Shown here one piece after another: positions 52,076 through 60,354 of a stretch of 64,000 nucleotides of DNA. Location of the stretch: sequence record NC_019411.1; one strand, written 5' to 3'. How positions within the stretch are numbered: position 1 is the stretch's first letter; each line of letters opens with the position of its first letter. Below the pieces are notes generated by a model. That model worked only from the letters and a program-made list of their open reading frames with translations, ran no database searches and was not told the DNA's origin. The translations under genes and the position numbers were made by a program.

Positions 52076-54808
52076 GTGAGCTACTATCCGATCGAGGACC
52101 GCGCCAAGGCCCGGTCCGTCGTCAAGAACCTGCTGGACCTTCAGCGCGAGGCGGTCAAGGCCTCGCGCGGCGGCCTGATCCTGCCGCCCGACCAGAAGGC
52201 GATCATCACCCAGGTCACCGAGACCGAGGACCCGGCCCGCTGGGTCGACCTTCTGGGCCAGTTCGCCGATCGCGTCCAGACCGATCACCTCGCCCGGCTG
52301 AAGCCCCTGGCCAAGCACGACTTCAACGCCTTCTGCGAATACGTCAATCCCGAGGAGGCCCCGGCCTCCAAGTGGCACGTCTACCTGACCTCGCTCCTCC
52401 AGGAGATCGAGAACAACCACGAGCTTGAGCGCTTCGTGCTCAACTGCCCGCCCGGTCACGCCAAGCCGCTCGACGTCGACACCGAGGTCCTGATGGCCGA
52501 CGGGTCCTGGAAGCGCCTGGGCGACATCACCGTGGGCGAATACGTGGTCGGCGAGAGCGGCGCGCGCTGCAAGGTCACCGCCGTCCACGAGCAGGGGGAG
52601 CTTGCCACCCTGAAGATCACCACCGCCCACGGCCGCCAGATCATCGCCGCCCCCGATCACGCCTTCCGGGTCGGCAACACCTGGAAGGAGGCGGGCAAGC
52701 TGCGGCCGGGGGATGCGCTGTCCGTGGTCGGCGCCGCCAACCTCAACTACGACGCCAGCGGCAAGACCATCGACCACTTCGAGCTTGCCGCCTACCTCCA
52801 GGCCAAGGGCGGACGCTCCTACTTCCACCGCGTCCACAAGAGCGGGCCGAAGACCTACCGCAACGTCTTCCTGTGGACCTCCGACCACCGCGAGGCCAGC
52901 AAGATCAGCGCCTGCCTCAAGCGCCTGGGGATCGCCTTCAAGGGGCGCCTCGCCAAGCACGAGCAGGTCTGGAAGATGCGTCTGGCCACCGAATGGGGCG
53001 ACGCCCTGGCCGAGGAGTACGGCCTGGACGCGCGGATCGACGCGCGCCGGGTTCCGGCCTTTGTCACGAAAGGCGACGAGGAGCAGATCGCCCGCTACCT
53101 GTCGACCTACGCCTCCCTGGCCGGCGAGGCGCCCGACCGCTACACCATCCCGCGCATCATCCTCTACTTCAAGAACCCGGCCTTCGCCCGCGACATCCAG
53201 CGCCTGTTCGCCGTGGTCGGCGTCAACGCCCGCATCGAGGGGCGCAAGACCGGCCGCACCCGGCTGATCCTGTCGGGGCCGGACCTGGAGGCCTACTTCG
53301 CCGCCGGCCTGACCTACACCGGCCCCAACGCCGACAAGCTCGACGACAAGCGCGCGGCCTTCCCGACCTCGCCCTCGCTCCTGGCCGACACCGTCACCTG
53401 GATCGAGCCGCACGGCGTGCGCCCCTGCCGCTGCCTGACCGTCGAGGACGAGCACACCTTCATCGCCGAAGGCGTGGTGGTCCACAACTCGACCTACGCC
53501 TCGCGCCTGTTCGTGGCGTGGCGCCTGGGGCGCGATCCGCGCCAGAAGATCATCGGCGGCGGTCACTCCCAGCGCTTCGTCGAGAACGAGTTCTCCGGCA
53601 AGATTCGCAACCTCGTGCGCACCCCGCAATATCGCGACGTCTTCCCCGACGTGGTCATCGACCACGCCACCTCGGCCAAGGACATGTGGGCGATCGCCGG
53701 GCACGGTGGGCAGTACGCCGCCAAGGGCGCCGGGCAGGCCATCCACGGTCTGCGCGCCCACTTCGTCTGCGTCGACGACCCCTACCGGTCGATCGAAGTG
53801 GCCGAGTCCGCGATCGAGCGCGAGAAGATCAAGACGTGGTTCTTCGGCGACGTTGGCTCGCGTTTGTTGCCGCTCGCCAAAGTATTCCTCATCATGACGC
53901 GCTTCCATGAGGAAGATTTGACCGGGGAGATCATCAAACTCAACCAAGAAGTTCTCACCGGCGCCGACCGTTATCACATCGTTGAAGCGCCCGCCCTGTG
54001 CTACGACCCCGAGAACGACGTCCTGGGCCGGGCTCTGGGCGAAGTTTTGTGGGACTACTATGACTTGCATTATTTCAAGCGCAAGCGGTCCGAGTGGAAG
54101 TACCAAAGATTTGCTTTGGTTTATCAACAACTTGCCGACGCGGCCTCGGACACCTCCATCGCGTCCAAGTTTCAGACCTACGATCACCTGCCCCACCTGG
54201 AGCCGAAGGTGCTCAAGGCCCGGCTTGACGCGGGTCACGCCGACGAGCGCGGGCGGCCGATTCCGGACCGCAAGGAGCACTTCCGGCGGGTGGTGGTCAG
54301 CGTCGACTCGGCCAACAAGCCCGGCGCCCGCAACGACTACAGCGTCGCCCAGGTCTGGGGGGAGACCCACGCCCGCAAGCACTACCTGATCTACCAGGAG
54401 CGCAAGAAGGTCGACATCACCGGCCTGACCGAGATGATCGAGCGGGTGGCCAAGCGCTACGAGGTCGACGCCATCCTGGTCGAAGACAAGGGCAACGGCA
54501 CCGCCTACATCCAGGCTCGGGGCCAGACCGACAGCCAGCGGCGGCTCGCCCCGGCCCCGATCGAGGCGATCCAGGTCCCGAGCACCTATTCCAAGGAGTT
54601 CCGCTTCAACGAGATCGTCCCGATGATCGAGGCCGGCGAGGTCTTCCTGCCGGGCAAGGCCCCGTGGCTCGACCTGCTGATCCGCGAAATCGGTCAGTTC
54701 CCCGAAGGCGCCCATGACGACCAAGTCGACGCCATGACGCAGTACCTCCGCTGGGCCAAGTCCAAGCGCACGCGGTTCGGCGCGCGCAAGGTCGGCTCGA
54801 TGGGCTGA
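52076..54808 (+). CDS. terL: terminase large subunit, intein-interrupted
   Basis: Walker A PPGHAK/ST split by intein; Walker B FVCVDDP; nuclease SVDSA...HDDQVDA. Confidence 0.92.
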   Translation: MSYYPIEDRAKARSVVKNLLDLQREAVKASRGGLILPPDQKAIITQVTETEDPARWVDLLGQFADRVQTDHLARLKPLAKHDFNAFCEYVNPEEAPASKWHVYLTSLLQEIENNHELERFVLNCPPGHAKPLDVDTEVLMADGSWKRLGDITVGEYVVGESGARCKVTAVHEQGELATLKITTAHGRQIIAAPDHAFRVGNTWKEAGKLRPGDALSVVGAANLNYDASGKTIDHFELAAYLQAKGGRSYFHRVHKSGPKTYRNVFLWTSDHREASKISACLKRLGIAFKGRLAKHEQVWKMRLATEWGDALAEEYGLDARIDARRVPAFVTKGDEEQIARYLSTYASLAGEAPDRYTIPRIILYFKNPAFARDIQRLFAVVGVNARIEGRKTGRTRLILSGPDLEAYFAAGLTYTGPNADKLDDKRAAFPTSPSLLADTVTWIEPHGVRPCRCLTVEDEHTFIAEGVVVHNSTYASRLFVAWRLGRDPRQKIIGGGHSQRFVENEFSGKIRNLVRTPQYRDVFPDVVIDHATSAKDMWAIAGHGGQYAAKGAGQAIHGLRAHFVCVDDPYRSIEVAESAIEREKIKTWFFGDVGSRLLPLAKVFLIMTRFHEEDLTGEIIKLNQEVLTGADRYHIVEAPALCYDPENDVLGRALGEVLWDYYDLHYFKRKRSEWKYQRFALVYQQLADAASDTSIASKFQTYDHLPHLEPKVLKARLDAGHADERGRPIPDRKEHFRRVVVSVDSANKPGARNDYSVAQVWGETHARKHYLIYQERKKVDITGLTEMIERVAKRYEVDAILVEDKGNGTAYIQARGQTDSQRRLAPAPIEAIQVPSTYSKEFRFNEIVPMIEAGEVFLPGKAPWLDLLIREIGQFPEGAHDDQVDAMTQYLRWAKSKRTRFGARKVGSMG
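52466..53488 (+). mobile_element. 341-aa intein with degenerate LAGLIDADG domain
   Basis: PLDVDTEVLMADG start; block B AAPDH; block F CRCLTVED; end VVHN followed by Ser. Confidence 0.88.
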
Positions 54809-54811
54809 CGA

Positions 54812-54880
54812 GGCCCGTTAACCACGTTTGTTAACCTCCGCCGGGGCCTTAACCCTAACACGGCGAGGGTTAACAGGTCC
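54812..54880. repeat. TTAAC-rich element, near copy of 56040-56064
   Basis: GGCCCGTTAACCACGTTTGTTAACC (1 mismatch to 56040 copy). Confidence 0.8.
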
Positions 54881-55034
54881 AGGGACCCTTCGAAATTAAC
54901 CTTTCGGGGACCCTGGGAAATCGACAGACGGGGACCCTGGCCATTTTCCGGCTGGGGACCCTGCCAAATTCATCGCCGGGGACCCTCCGAAATTCATCTC
55001 TGGGGACCCTGGCGAATTCAGAGCCGGGGACCCT
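54881..55034. repeat. 24-bp-period GGGGACCCT array
   Basis: cores at 54906, 54930, 54954, 54978, 55002, 55026 plus AGGGACCCT at 54881. Confidence 0.9.
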
Positions 55035-55054
55035 GGCGAATCATGGAGCCGACG

Positions 55055-55246
55055 ATGGCCGGATTTCTCAACCTGATCCCGAACCTCGCGCCGTTCGCGC
55101 TTTGGGGCGTCCTCCTCTGGATCGCCGCCGAGGTGGTCTGGAGCGTCTGCCTCTGGGTCTACGGCCTGCGGACCCTGTTCAAGCTGCACCGCGACGATCT
55201 GGCCGAGGCGATCAGCTTCGAGCGGGCCTTGAGCCCCTTCGACTAG
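55055..55246 (+). CDS. small membrane protein
   Basis: GGAG RBS; hydrophobic segment. Confidence 0.5.
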   Translation: MAGFLNLIPNLAPFALWGVLLWIAAEVVWSVCLWVYGLRTLFKLHRDDLAEAISFERALSPFD

Positions 55247-55329
55247 GCGCGGCCTGCCGACCTAAGTCACGGACTGTAGGTTTCATGACAAGGTGGATTA
55301 TTCCACAACGAAATCAAAGGCTTATCGCC

Positions 55330-55578
55330 ATGTCGATCCGCGCGTTCCTCCACGATCTGGCTGTCCGCTTCGTCGTTTTGGGGTGGATTTTTGCTCAAAA
55401 ACCCCAGAAATGGGCTCCAAAAGGGCATAATTTTCAGCCCATCCCGCCGGCCCAGGTCGAGCGGCAGGACCTCCGGGGGCGCGTGCTACTCCTGAGGAGC
55501 TTCGGCGTCCTCGCCGCCGCATGCACAACCATGGGCCTGTGTCAATACCTGCTCTGGCGCCGCGCGGCCATGTCATAG
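55330..55578 (+). CDS. possible small membrane protein
   Basis: two hydrophobic segments; atypical codons. Confidence 0.3.
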   Translation: MSIRAFLHDLAVRFVVLGWIFAQKPQKWAPKGHNFQPIPPAQVERQDLRGRVLLLRSFGVLAAACTTMGLCQYLLWRRAAMS

Positions 55579-55722
55579 ACTAGGGCTTTCGTGACAGCTT
55601 CACGATCCCGTTACCGGACAACCCCATGCCTCACCTGGGTTTCTGGCTCTCCGCCGCCTGCATCGCTCTGGCCTGGGCGATCTGGGCGCTGCGGCGGCTG
55701 ATCGGCCCACCACCGCCCACCT

Positions 55723-55756
55723 GATACCGGCGGCGCGAGCCCGCGCCGCCGGTATC
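55723..55756. other. 15-bp perfect hairpin
   Basis: GATACCGGCGGCGCG-AGCC-CGCGCCGCCGGTATC. Confidence 0.7.
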
Positions 55757-55858
55757 GCCCGGCCAAAGCATCATATATGAGCCCTTAACCCCTCTAAGGT
55801 CTCATATATGCGACCTTACGGCCCTCTTGACGCCCTCGTGTTCCTCTGAACGCGGGGG

Positions 55859-55960
55859 CGTTTTGACGTCGGCGCATTTCCAACTCAACGCGCGGCCGTT
55901 TTGACGTCCGAGCGTTTTGACGCGAGCGCATTTTCGATTCGACGGGCGAGCGTTTTGACG
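55859..55960. repeat. CGTTTTGACG x4 (54-bp tandem duplication)
   Basis: copies at 55859, 55897, 55913, 55951. Confidence 0.85.
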
Positions 55961-56004
55961 TCCGAACGTTTTTCAACTTGACGTCGTTTCATTTACCACG
56001 AGCG

Positions 56005-56220
56005 CCTTAAGGTTAACCGCCGAGCCTGGGAAGGGTTAAGGCCCGTTAACCATGTTTGTTAACCCTCAGGCCGTTAACCCATCGCCCGTTAAGGTTAACG
56101 CACCCGCCCCCATTAACCCTTAGCGTGTTAAGGTTAACGCCCCGCCCGCCAACGTTAGGGTTAACAGGCCGTTAAGGTTAACAAACATGGTTAACGGGCC
56201 AGACCGGCGTTAACCCTAAC
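56005..56220. repeat. dense GTTAAC/TTAAGG array with 25-bp perfect inverted repeat
   Basis: GGCCCGTTAACCATGTTTGTTAACC 56040-56064 and its reverse complement 56176-56200. Confidence 0.9.
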
Positions 56221-56304
56221 GGCCGGCGCCCAGGCGTTCGCCGGCGAGCCCAGGCCCAGGCCCTACCGGGTATGACCTGCCGGCCATACCCGGTAGGGCG
56301 CGCC

Positions 56305-56562
56305 TCACGCGTCCGCGTCGGGCGACGCCGCCGCGCCGTATTCGTGGTCATTCCAGAGTATGCCCAGAATTTCGTCAGGCCCGAACGAAGGCAACAGGGT
56401 TTGCAGGGCGTCGTATGTCTCGCGAAAGGCGCTCGCGTCGTCGTCTTGCATCCAAACCGACTCCTTGCCGGCCTTGTCGCGGAACGTGTACGCCGCGCCG
56501 TTCCCGTAGCTGTCGAGGGCGAAGCGTTCGCCCTCCGAAATGCGTAGCGGTCCTGAGTACAT
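56305..56562 (-). CDS. hypothetical protein (divergent early gene)
   Basis: TTGGAG RBS, ATG 56562; CtrA-like box upstream. Confidence 0.6.
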   Translation of the reverse strand: MYSGPLRISEGERFALDSYGNGAAYTFRDKAGKESVWMQDDDASAFRETYDALQTLLPSFGPDEILGILWNDHEYGAAASPDADA

Positions 56563-56618
56563 GGGGCGATCTCCAAGGGCGCGGGGTGCGCCGACCCGTG
56601 CAATCTGACAGCCAATTC

Positions 56619-56634
56619 TTAACAAAAGGTTACC
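56619..56634 (-). promoter_or_regulatory. CtrA-like box, leftward
   Basis: minus strand GTAA-CCTTTTG-TTAAG. Confidence 0.6.
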
Positions 56635-56652
56635 GTGAGATTTTTCTTGCCG

Positions 56653-56685
56653 TTTACTTTTTGTTAAGAATTGGGGTCTAGTGTC
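56653..56685 (+). promoter_or_regulatory. CtrA-box promoter
   Basis: TTTA-N7-TTAAG; CTAGTGTC 14 nt after second half-site. Confidence 0.7.
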
Positions 56686-56734
56686 CTCCTTGTCGGGGCC
56701 AGCCCCGGCGCTCTTTGACATTGTGAGGCAATCC

Positions 56735-56923
56735 ATGATTCCCCAAGAAATCCTGAATCCGCGCGAGCACTGGACTCCCGTCGCCTCGCGCGAGGAAGCC
56801 GACAAGATCGCCGCGCGCTGCACCGAAGGCGACCCCGTCGGCCGCTACTATGTCGAGCCCAAGGGCGCCGGCTACGCTGTCGCCTATGACGACGAGGCGG
56901 GCGAATTCGTCGCCTACCTTTAA
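56735..56923 (+). CDS. hypothetical protein
   Basis: GAGG RBS; start MIPQEI. Confidence 0.7.
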   Translation: MIPQEILNPREHWTPVASREEADKIAARCTEGDPVGRYYVEPKGAGYAVAYDDEAGEFVAYL

Positions 56924-56950
56924 CCTTTTGTTAAGACCTGACCTCTAAAC
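56920..56950 (+). promoter_or_regulatory. CtrA-box promoter
   Basis: perfect TTAA-CCTTTTG-TTAA; CTAAAC. Confidence 0.8.
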
Positions 56951-56984
56951 AGGGGTCAGGTTCAACCCCTGGAGGCCCTGCCCC

Positions 56985-57524
56985 ATGTCCGTTATCGAAA
57001 CCGCCAACCTCTCGCGCGGCCGTGTTCTCACGGTCGAAATCGACGACTGCGCTCAAGAGCCCTACGCCGACGACAAGGGCGTGCGAATCGTCGTCCTGCA
57101 TCGCCATTGGGCGAACCCCGCCGCCGGCCTGCTGGACACCGTCGAGGACGTTCAAGCCTTCGAGGCGCAGAACGCCGCGCCCGACTCCGCATGGGCGATC
57201 TTTGAGCTATGGGTGATGGACCATAGCGGCCGGACCTTCAAGGCCGGCGCGCTGGGCGCCGGAAACCCGTTCGGCGCCGGACCCTACGCGCAATGGGATA
57301 GCGGCCGGGTCGGAGTCATCGCCCTGGCGCGCGCCGAGTGGCCCGCCGCCGACCTCAAGACCGCCCAAGGCGTCGCCGACACCTACGGCGCATGGGCCGA
57401 AGGCGAGGTTTACCAATTCGTCATTTCGAACCGCCGGGGCGACGTGCTCGACTCGTGCGGCGGGTTCTACAGCGTCGCCGAAGCCCTGGCCGCCGGCCGC
57501 GACGCCGCCAAGGTGAAGGCGTGA
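56985..57524 (+). CDS. hypothetical protein
   Basis: GGAGG RBS; WDSGRVG, WAEGEVY, DSCGGFY blocks. Confidence 0.75.
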   Translation: MSVIETANLSRGRVLTVEIDDCAQEPYADDKGVRIVVLHRHWANPAAGLLDTVEDVQAFEAQNAAPDSAWAIFELWVMDHSGRTFKAGALGAGNPFGAGPYAQWDSGRVGVIALARAEWPAADLKTAQGVADTYGAWAEGEVYQFVISNRRGDVLDSCGGFYSVAEALAAGRDAAKVKA

Positions 57525-57715
57525 GGGTCGCCCGCGAAAGCTTCGCCGTGTTCTGGACCCGCCCCGGCTGGCGCGTCCAGTTTCACGCCGACATGAAACG
57601 GGCGCTGTACCCGACCGCCAAGGCCGCCGCCGACGCCTTCGCCGCCATGTTCCCGGCTGATCAGGTCAAGAGCGTGCGCGACGGTTCCGGCCGCTTCCTG
57701 GCCTTCAAGCGCTAG
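57521..57715 (+). CDS. hypothetical protein
   Basis: GTGA coupling. Confidence 0.55.
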   Translation: MRVARESFAVFWTRPGWRVQFHADMKRALYPTAKAAADAFAAMFPADQVKSVRDGSGRFLAFKR

Positions 57716-57720
57716 ACCAG

Positions 57721-57756
57721 ACGCCCCGGAAAACTTTTCCGGGGCGTTTACTTTTT
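57721..57756 (+). terminator. intrinsic terminator overlapping CtrA box
   Basis: ACGCCCCGGAAAA/TTTTCCGGGGCGT then T-rich tract. Confidence 0.7.
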
Positions 57757-57780
57757 GTTAAGGAATGGCGTCTAGTGTCC
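57747..57780 (+). promoter_or_regulatory. CtrA-box promoter
   Basis: TTTA-CTTTTTG-TTAAG; CTAGTGTC. Confidence 0.7.
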
Positions 57781-57824
57781 CTCTTGCCGCCGGGCAATCC
57801 CGCCCGGCCTTGGAGTTCTTCCCC

Positions 57825-58343
57825 ATGCCGGAATTTGTCCTAGATACGTCGGGCCAAGTCGCCCCGCCCGCCGCCGCCAAGCTTTGGCCGCACCCCCTGG
57901 CCTGGAATCAGTTGAGCGATTTTGCTCAAGGCTATATCGAGGCCCTGTTTTTCACCGAGTCGTCGCCGGCCTATGACCGCGCCGAATGGTTCGGCGCCGA
58001 GTGTCAAGAGGCCCTGACCGAAGGCACGGCGGACGGCAACATTCCGGGCGATGTCGGTTTTTCCGACCTCGCGCCCGACACCCTCAACCGCATCTTGAAC
58101 GACTGCGCCAACTTCAAGCGCGAGCACGCCGACACCCTGGCCAAGGCCTATGACCACGGCGGCGCGGCGGGCGACTATGACGAAACCCAAGCCGGCCGCG
58201 ATTACTGGTACACCCGCAACGGCCATGGCGTCGGGTTTTGGGATCGCGGACTCGGCGAGATCGGCGAGGCCCTGAGCAAGGCCGCCCGCTACAGCGAGCA
58301 AAACGCCTCTTTCGAAGAGGACGGAAAAGTCTACCTGTTTTAA
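57825..58343 (+). CDS. hypothetical protein
   Basis: TTGGAG RBS; GRDYWYTRNGHGVGFWDRG block. Confidence 0.75.
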   Translation: MPEFVLDTSGQVAPPAAAKLWPHPLAWNQLSDFAQGYIEALFFTESSPAYDRAEWFGAECQEALTEGTADGNIPGDVGFSDLAPDTLNRILNDCANFKREHADTLAKAYDHGGAAGDYDETQAGRDYWYTRNGHGVGFWDRGLGEIGEALSKAARYSEQNASFEEDGKVYLF

Positions 58344-58372
58344 CCTTTTGTTAAGACTTGGCCTCTAGGGTC
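58340..58372 (+). promoter_or_regulatory. CtrA-box promoter
   Basis: perfect TTAA-CCTTTTG-TTAA; CTAGGGTC. Confidence 0.8.
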
Positions 58373-58435
58373 GAGTTGTCCCGGCGCCGGGGCTGGAAAC
58401 CCCGGCGCGTCCATTCCGTGAAAGGAATCCATACC

Positions 58436-59188
58436 GTGTCTTTTGGTCAATTCTCCGCCGACGCCCGCGCCCCGCTGTCGAAAGCCGCCATGCTGGACGC
58501 CCTCCCCGCCGCCCGCCGCGACGCTCTGGTCAAGTCCAGCAAGCCGGCGCGCAACACCCTCGATTACACGACGTCGGACGGCGTGCGCCGCGTGCGCCTG
58601 CATGACACCGACGTCCTGACCTTCCATGTCAACGGCGCCGTCGAGATCAACACGGGCGGCTGGAATACCCTCACCACGCGCGACCGCATCAACGCTTTCG
58701 CCCCGCCTCACGTGCGCGTCTACAGCGACAAGGGCCGCGCCGTGGTTCACGCCTTGCCGGCCGGCGCCAGCGCCGTCACGTGGTCCAGCCCCGCCGCGTC
58801 CAAGCCGTTCGCCAAGCGCGCCACCGTCCACCCGGACGGCCGAATCGAAGTGGACGCCACCGTCAAGGAACTGGAGGCGATTCCTAGCCTCATCCGCCGC
58901 TATCTGGAGGCCTTCAAGGCCGGTTTCCCGTTCAACTCGTCGGGCGACCCGTGGATGACGCCCGGCGCCCTCGTCGCCCCTGAAACGGCCCTGGATTGGC
59001 TGGGCGCCGACAGCGGCAAGCCGTACCTGTTCGACTCGATCCTGTTTCACGCCCATGTCGCGGCCGGCCTTACCGAAGAGGGCGCGGCCGGCTACATGCG
59101 CGACCTCTTCCGCCACCCGGCGCGGCTGGATAAGTTCCACCTCGGCCGCATCCGGCGTTATCTCAAGCGCTGCTTGCGCGACGCCTAA
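58436..59188 (+). CDS. hypothetical protein
   Basis: AAAGGA RBS, GTG start; LHDTDV...NTGGWNTLTTRDRIN. Confidence 0.7.
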   Translation: MSFGQFSADARAPLSKAAMLDALPAARRDALVKSSKPARNTLDYTTSDGVRRVRLHDTDVLTFHVNGAVEINTGGWNTLTTRDRINAFAPPHVRVYSDKGRAVVHALPAGASAVTWSSPAASKPFAKRATVHPDGRIEVDATVKELEAIPSLIRRYLEAFKAGFPFNSSGDPWMTPGALVAPETALDWLGADSGKPYLFDSILFHAHVAAGLTEEGAAGYMRDLFRHPARLDKFHLGRIRRYLKRCLRDA

Positions 59189-59195
59189 GACCCTC

Positions 59196-59229
59196 CGGCC
59201 GCGCCTCCCCTGGCGCGGCCGTTCTTTTT
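59196..59229 (+). terminator. intrinsic terminator
   Basis: CGGCCGCGCC/GGCGCGGCCG then TTCTTTTT. Confidence 0.8.
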
Positions 59230-59240
59230 CCGTGTACGCG

Positions 59241-59275
59241 TTAACTTGTTGTTAAGACTTTATCCGCTAGTGTCC
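59241..59275 (+). promoter_or_regulatory. CtrA-box promoter
   Basis: perfect TTAA-CTTGTTG-TTAA; GCTAGTGTC. Confidence 0.8.
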
Positions 59276-59318
59276 CTTTGCCGGCGCACTTCCGCGCCCT
59301 CACCTGGAGATTTTCCCC

Positions 59319-59939
59319 ATGGTCCGCCTGATCAAAGCCAAGACCGCCGCCGAACAAGCCGAAGCCCTCGCCAGCCTGCGCAAGATGATCAAGCCGGGCG
59401 ACACGGTTTATCCCGTGCTGCGCCACGTCTCGACCTCCGGCATGTTGCGGGTCATTGACCTGATTATCCCGGTCACCGTCACCCAAACCGACACCTTGCC
59501 GGCCGATGCGCGCGGCTTCAAGATCGGCGTTCAAGCCTATGCGACCCCGCCGGAACGCAACGCCCCCCGCGCCTTCTCAACCGGTACGGTTTCGGCTTTC
59601 GACGCCGACACCGTGACCATTACCTATCAGGCCACCGCCGACGGCCGGGGCGACGCGGAGTCGGTGACGTGGCCCCGTGGTCAGGTCAAGTTCTACCGCA
59701 AGAGCACGCGCCCCGGCGTCCGCTCGATCGGCTGGCTTGCCGCGAAGGCCATGGGCGACACTTTCGACGCCGACCGCCAAGGAATCAAGGTCGGCGGGTG
59801 CGGGATGGATATGGGCTTTCACCTCGTTTACAGCCTGGGCCGCACCTTGTGGCCGAAGGGGACGAAAAAGCCCCATGGCTCGCGCAATGGCGAGCCCGAC
59901 CGCGACGGCGGTTATGCGCTGAAACATTCCTGGCTTTAA
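59319..59939 (+). CDS. hypothetical protein
   Basis: GGAG RBS; LRHVSTSGM...GCGMDMGFHLVY blocks. Confidence 0.75.
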   Translation: MVRLIKAKTAAEQAEALASLRKMIKPGDTVYPVLRHVSTSGMLRVIDLIIPVTVTQTDTLPADARGFKIGVQAYATPPERNAPRAFSTGTVSAFDADTVTITYQATADGRGDAESVTWPRGQVKFYRKSTRPGVRSIGWLAAKAMGDTFDADRQGIKVGGCGMDMGFHLVYSLGRTLWPKGTKKPHGSRNGEPDRDGGYALKHSWL

Positions 59940-59970
59940 CTTTTTGTTAAGAGTTTAGCCGCTAATGTCT
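59936..59970 (+). promoter_or_regulatory. CtrA-box promoter
   Basis: perfect TTAA-CTTTTTG-TTAA; GCTAATGTC. Confidence 0.8.
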
Positions 59971-60017
59971 CCTTGCGGCCGGGCAATCCCGCCCGGCCGC
60001 ACTGGAAAGCCAAGCCC

Positions 60018-60290
60018 ATGACCCGCGCTCAAGCCCTCGCCGAAATGAACGCCCTCCCCGGTATCATCGCCTCTTTCGAGCGCGAGACGGGCGAATATCG
60101 CGTCACCCTGCGCTTTGGCCCCCTGCCGGGCGGCCGGGGCGCTCAAGAGTGGATGCACAAGCGCCGCGAAGCCGTCGCCAGCTACAGCGACGACAAGGCC
60201 GACGCCCTGGCCACCGCCCGCGACATGTCGGCCCGTTGGGAAGCCATGACGCCCGCGCAACGTGATCACCTGTACCGCCACCCCGCGTAA
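60018..60290 (+). CDS. hypothetical protein
   Basis: start MTRAQA. Confidence 0.7.
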   Translation: MTRAQALAEMNALPGIIASFERETGEYRVTLRFGPLPGGRGAQEWMHKRREAVASYSDDKADALATARDMSARWEAMTPAQRDHLYRHPA

Positions 60291-60320
60291 CCCTTCCTTA
60301 AGACCTCGCCGCCTAGGGTG
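60287..60320 (+). promoter_or_regulatory. CtrA-box promoter
   Basis: GTAA-CCCTTCC-TTAAG; CTAGGGT. Confidence 0.65.
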
Positions 60321-60354
60321 GCGGGGTCATCAACCCCCGCAAGGATCGCCCGAC

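Noticed and set aside
52760-53350. Active homing endonuclease in the intein
   Set aside because: Both LAGLIDADG helices lack the catalytic acidic residues (LQAKG, ASLAG); likely inactive.
50768-54724. 1318-aa minus-strand ORF (also 28690-30984, 5275-7143, 10402-11586, 13926-15296, 46879-48060)
   Set aside because: Antisense shadows of real genes caused by strong GC3 bias; no RBS or motifs, and they fully overlap well-supported genes on the other strand.
54881-55034. CRISPR array interpretation of the 24-bp periodic repeat
   Set aside because: The repeat core is only 9 bp and the spacers 15 bp, far below CRISPR dimensions; no cas genes seen.
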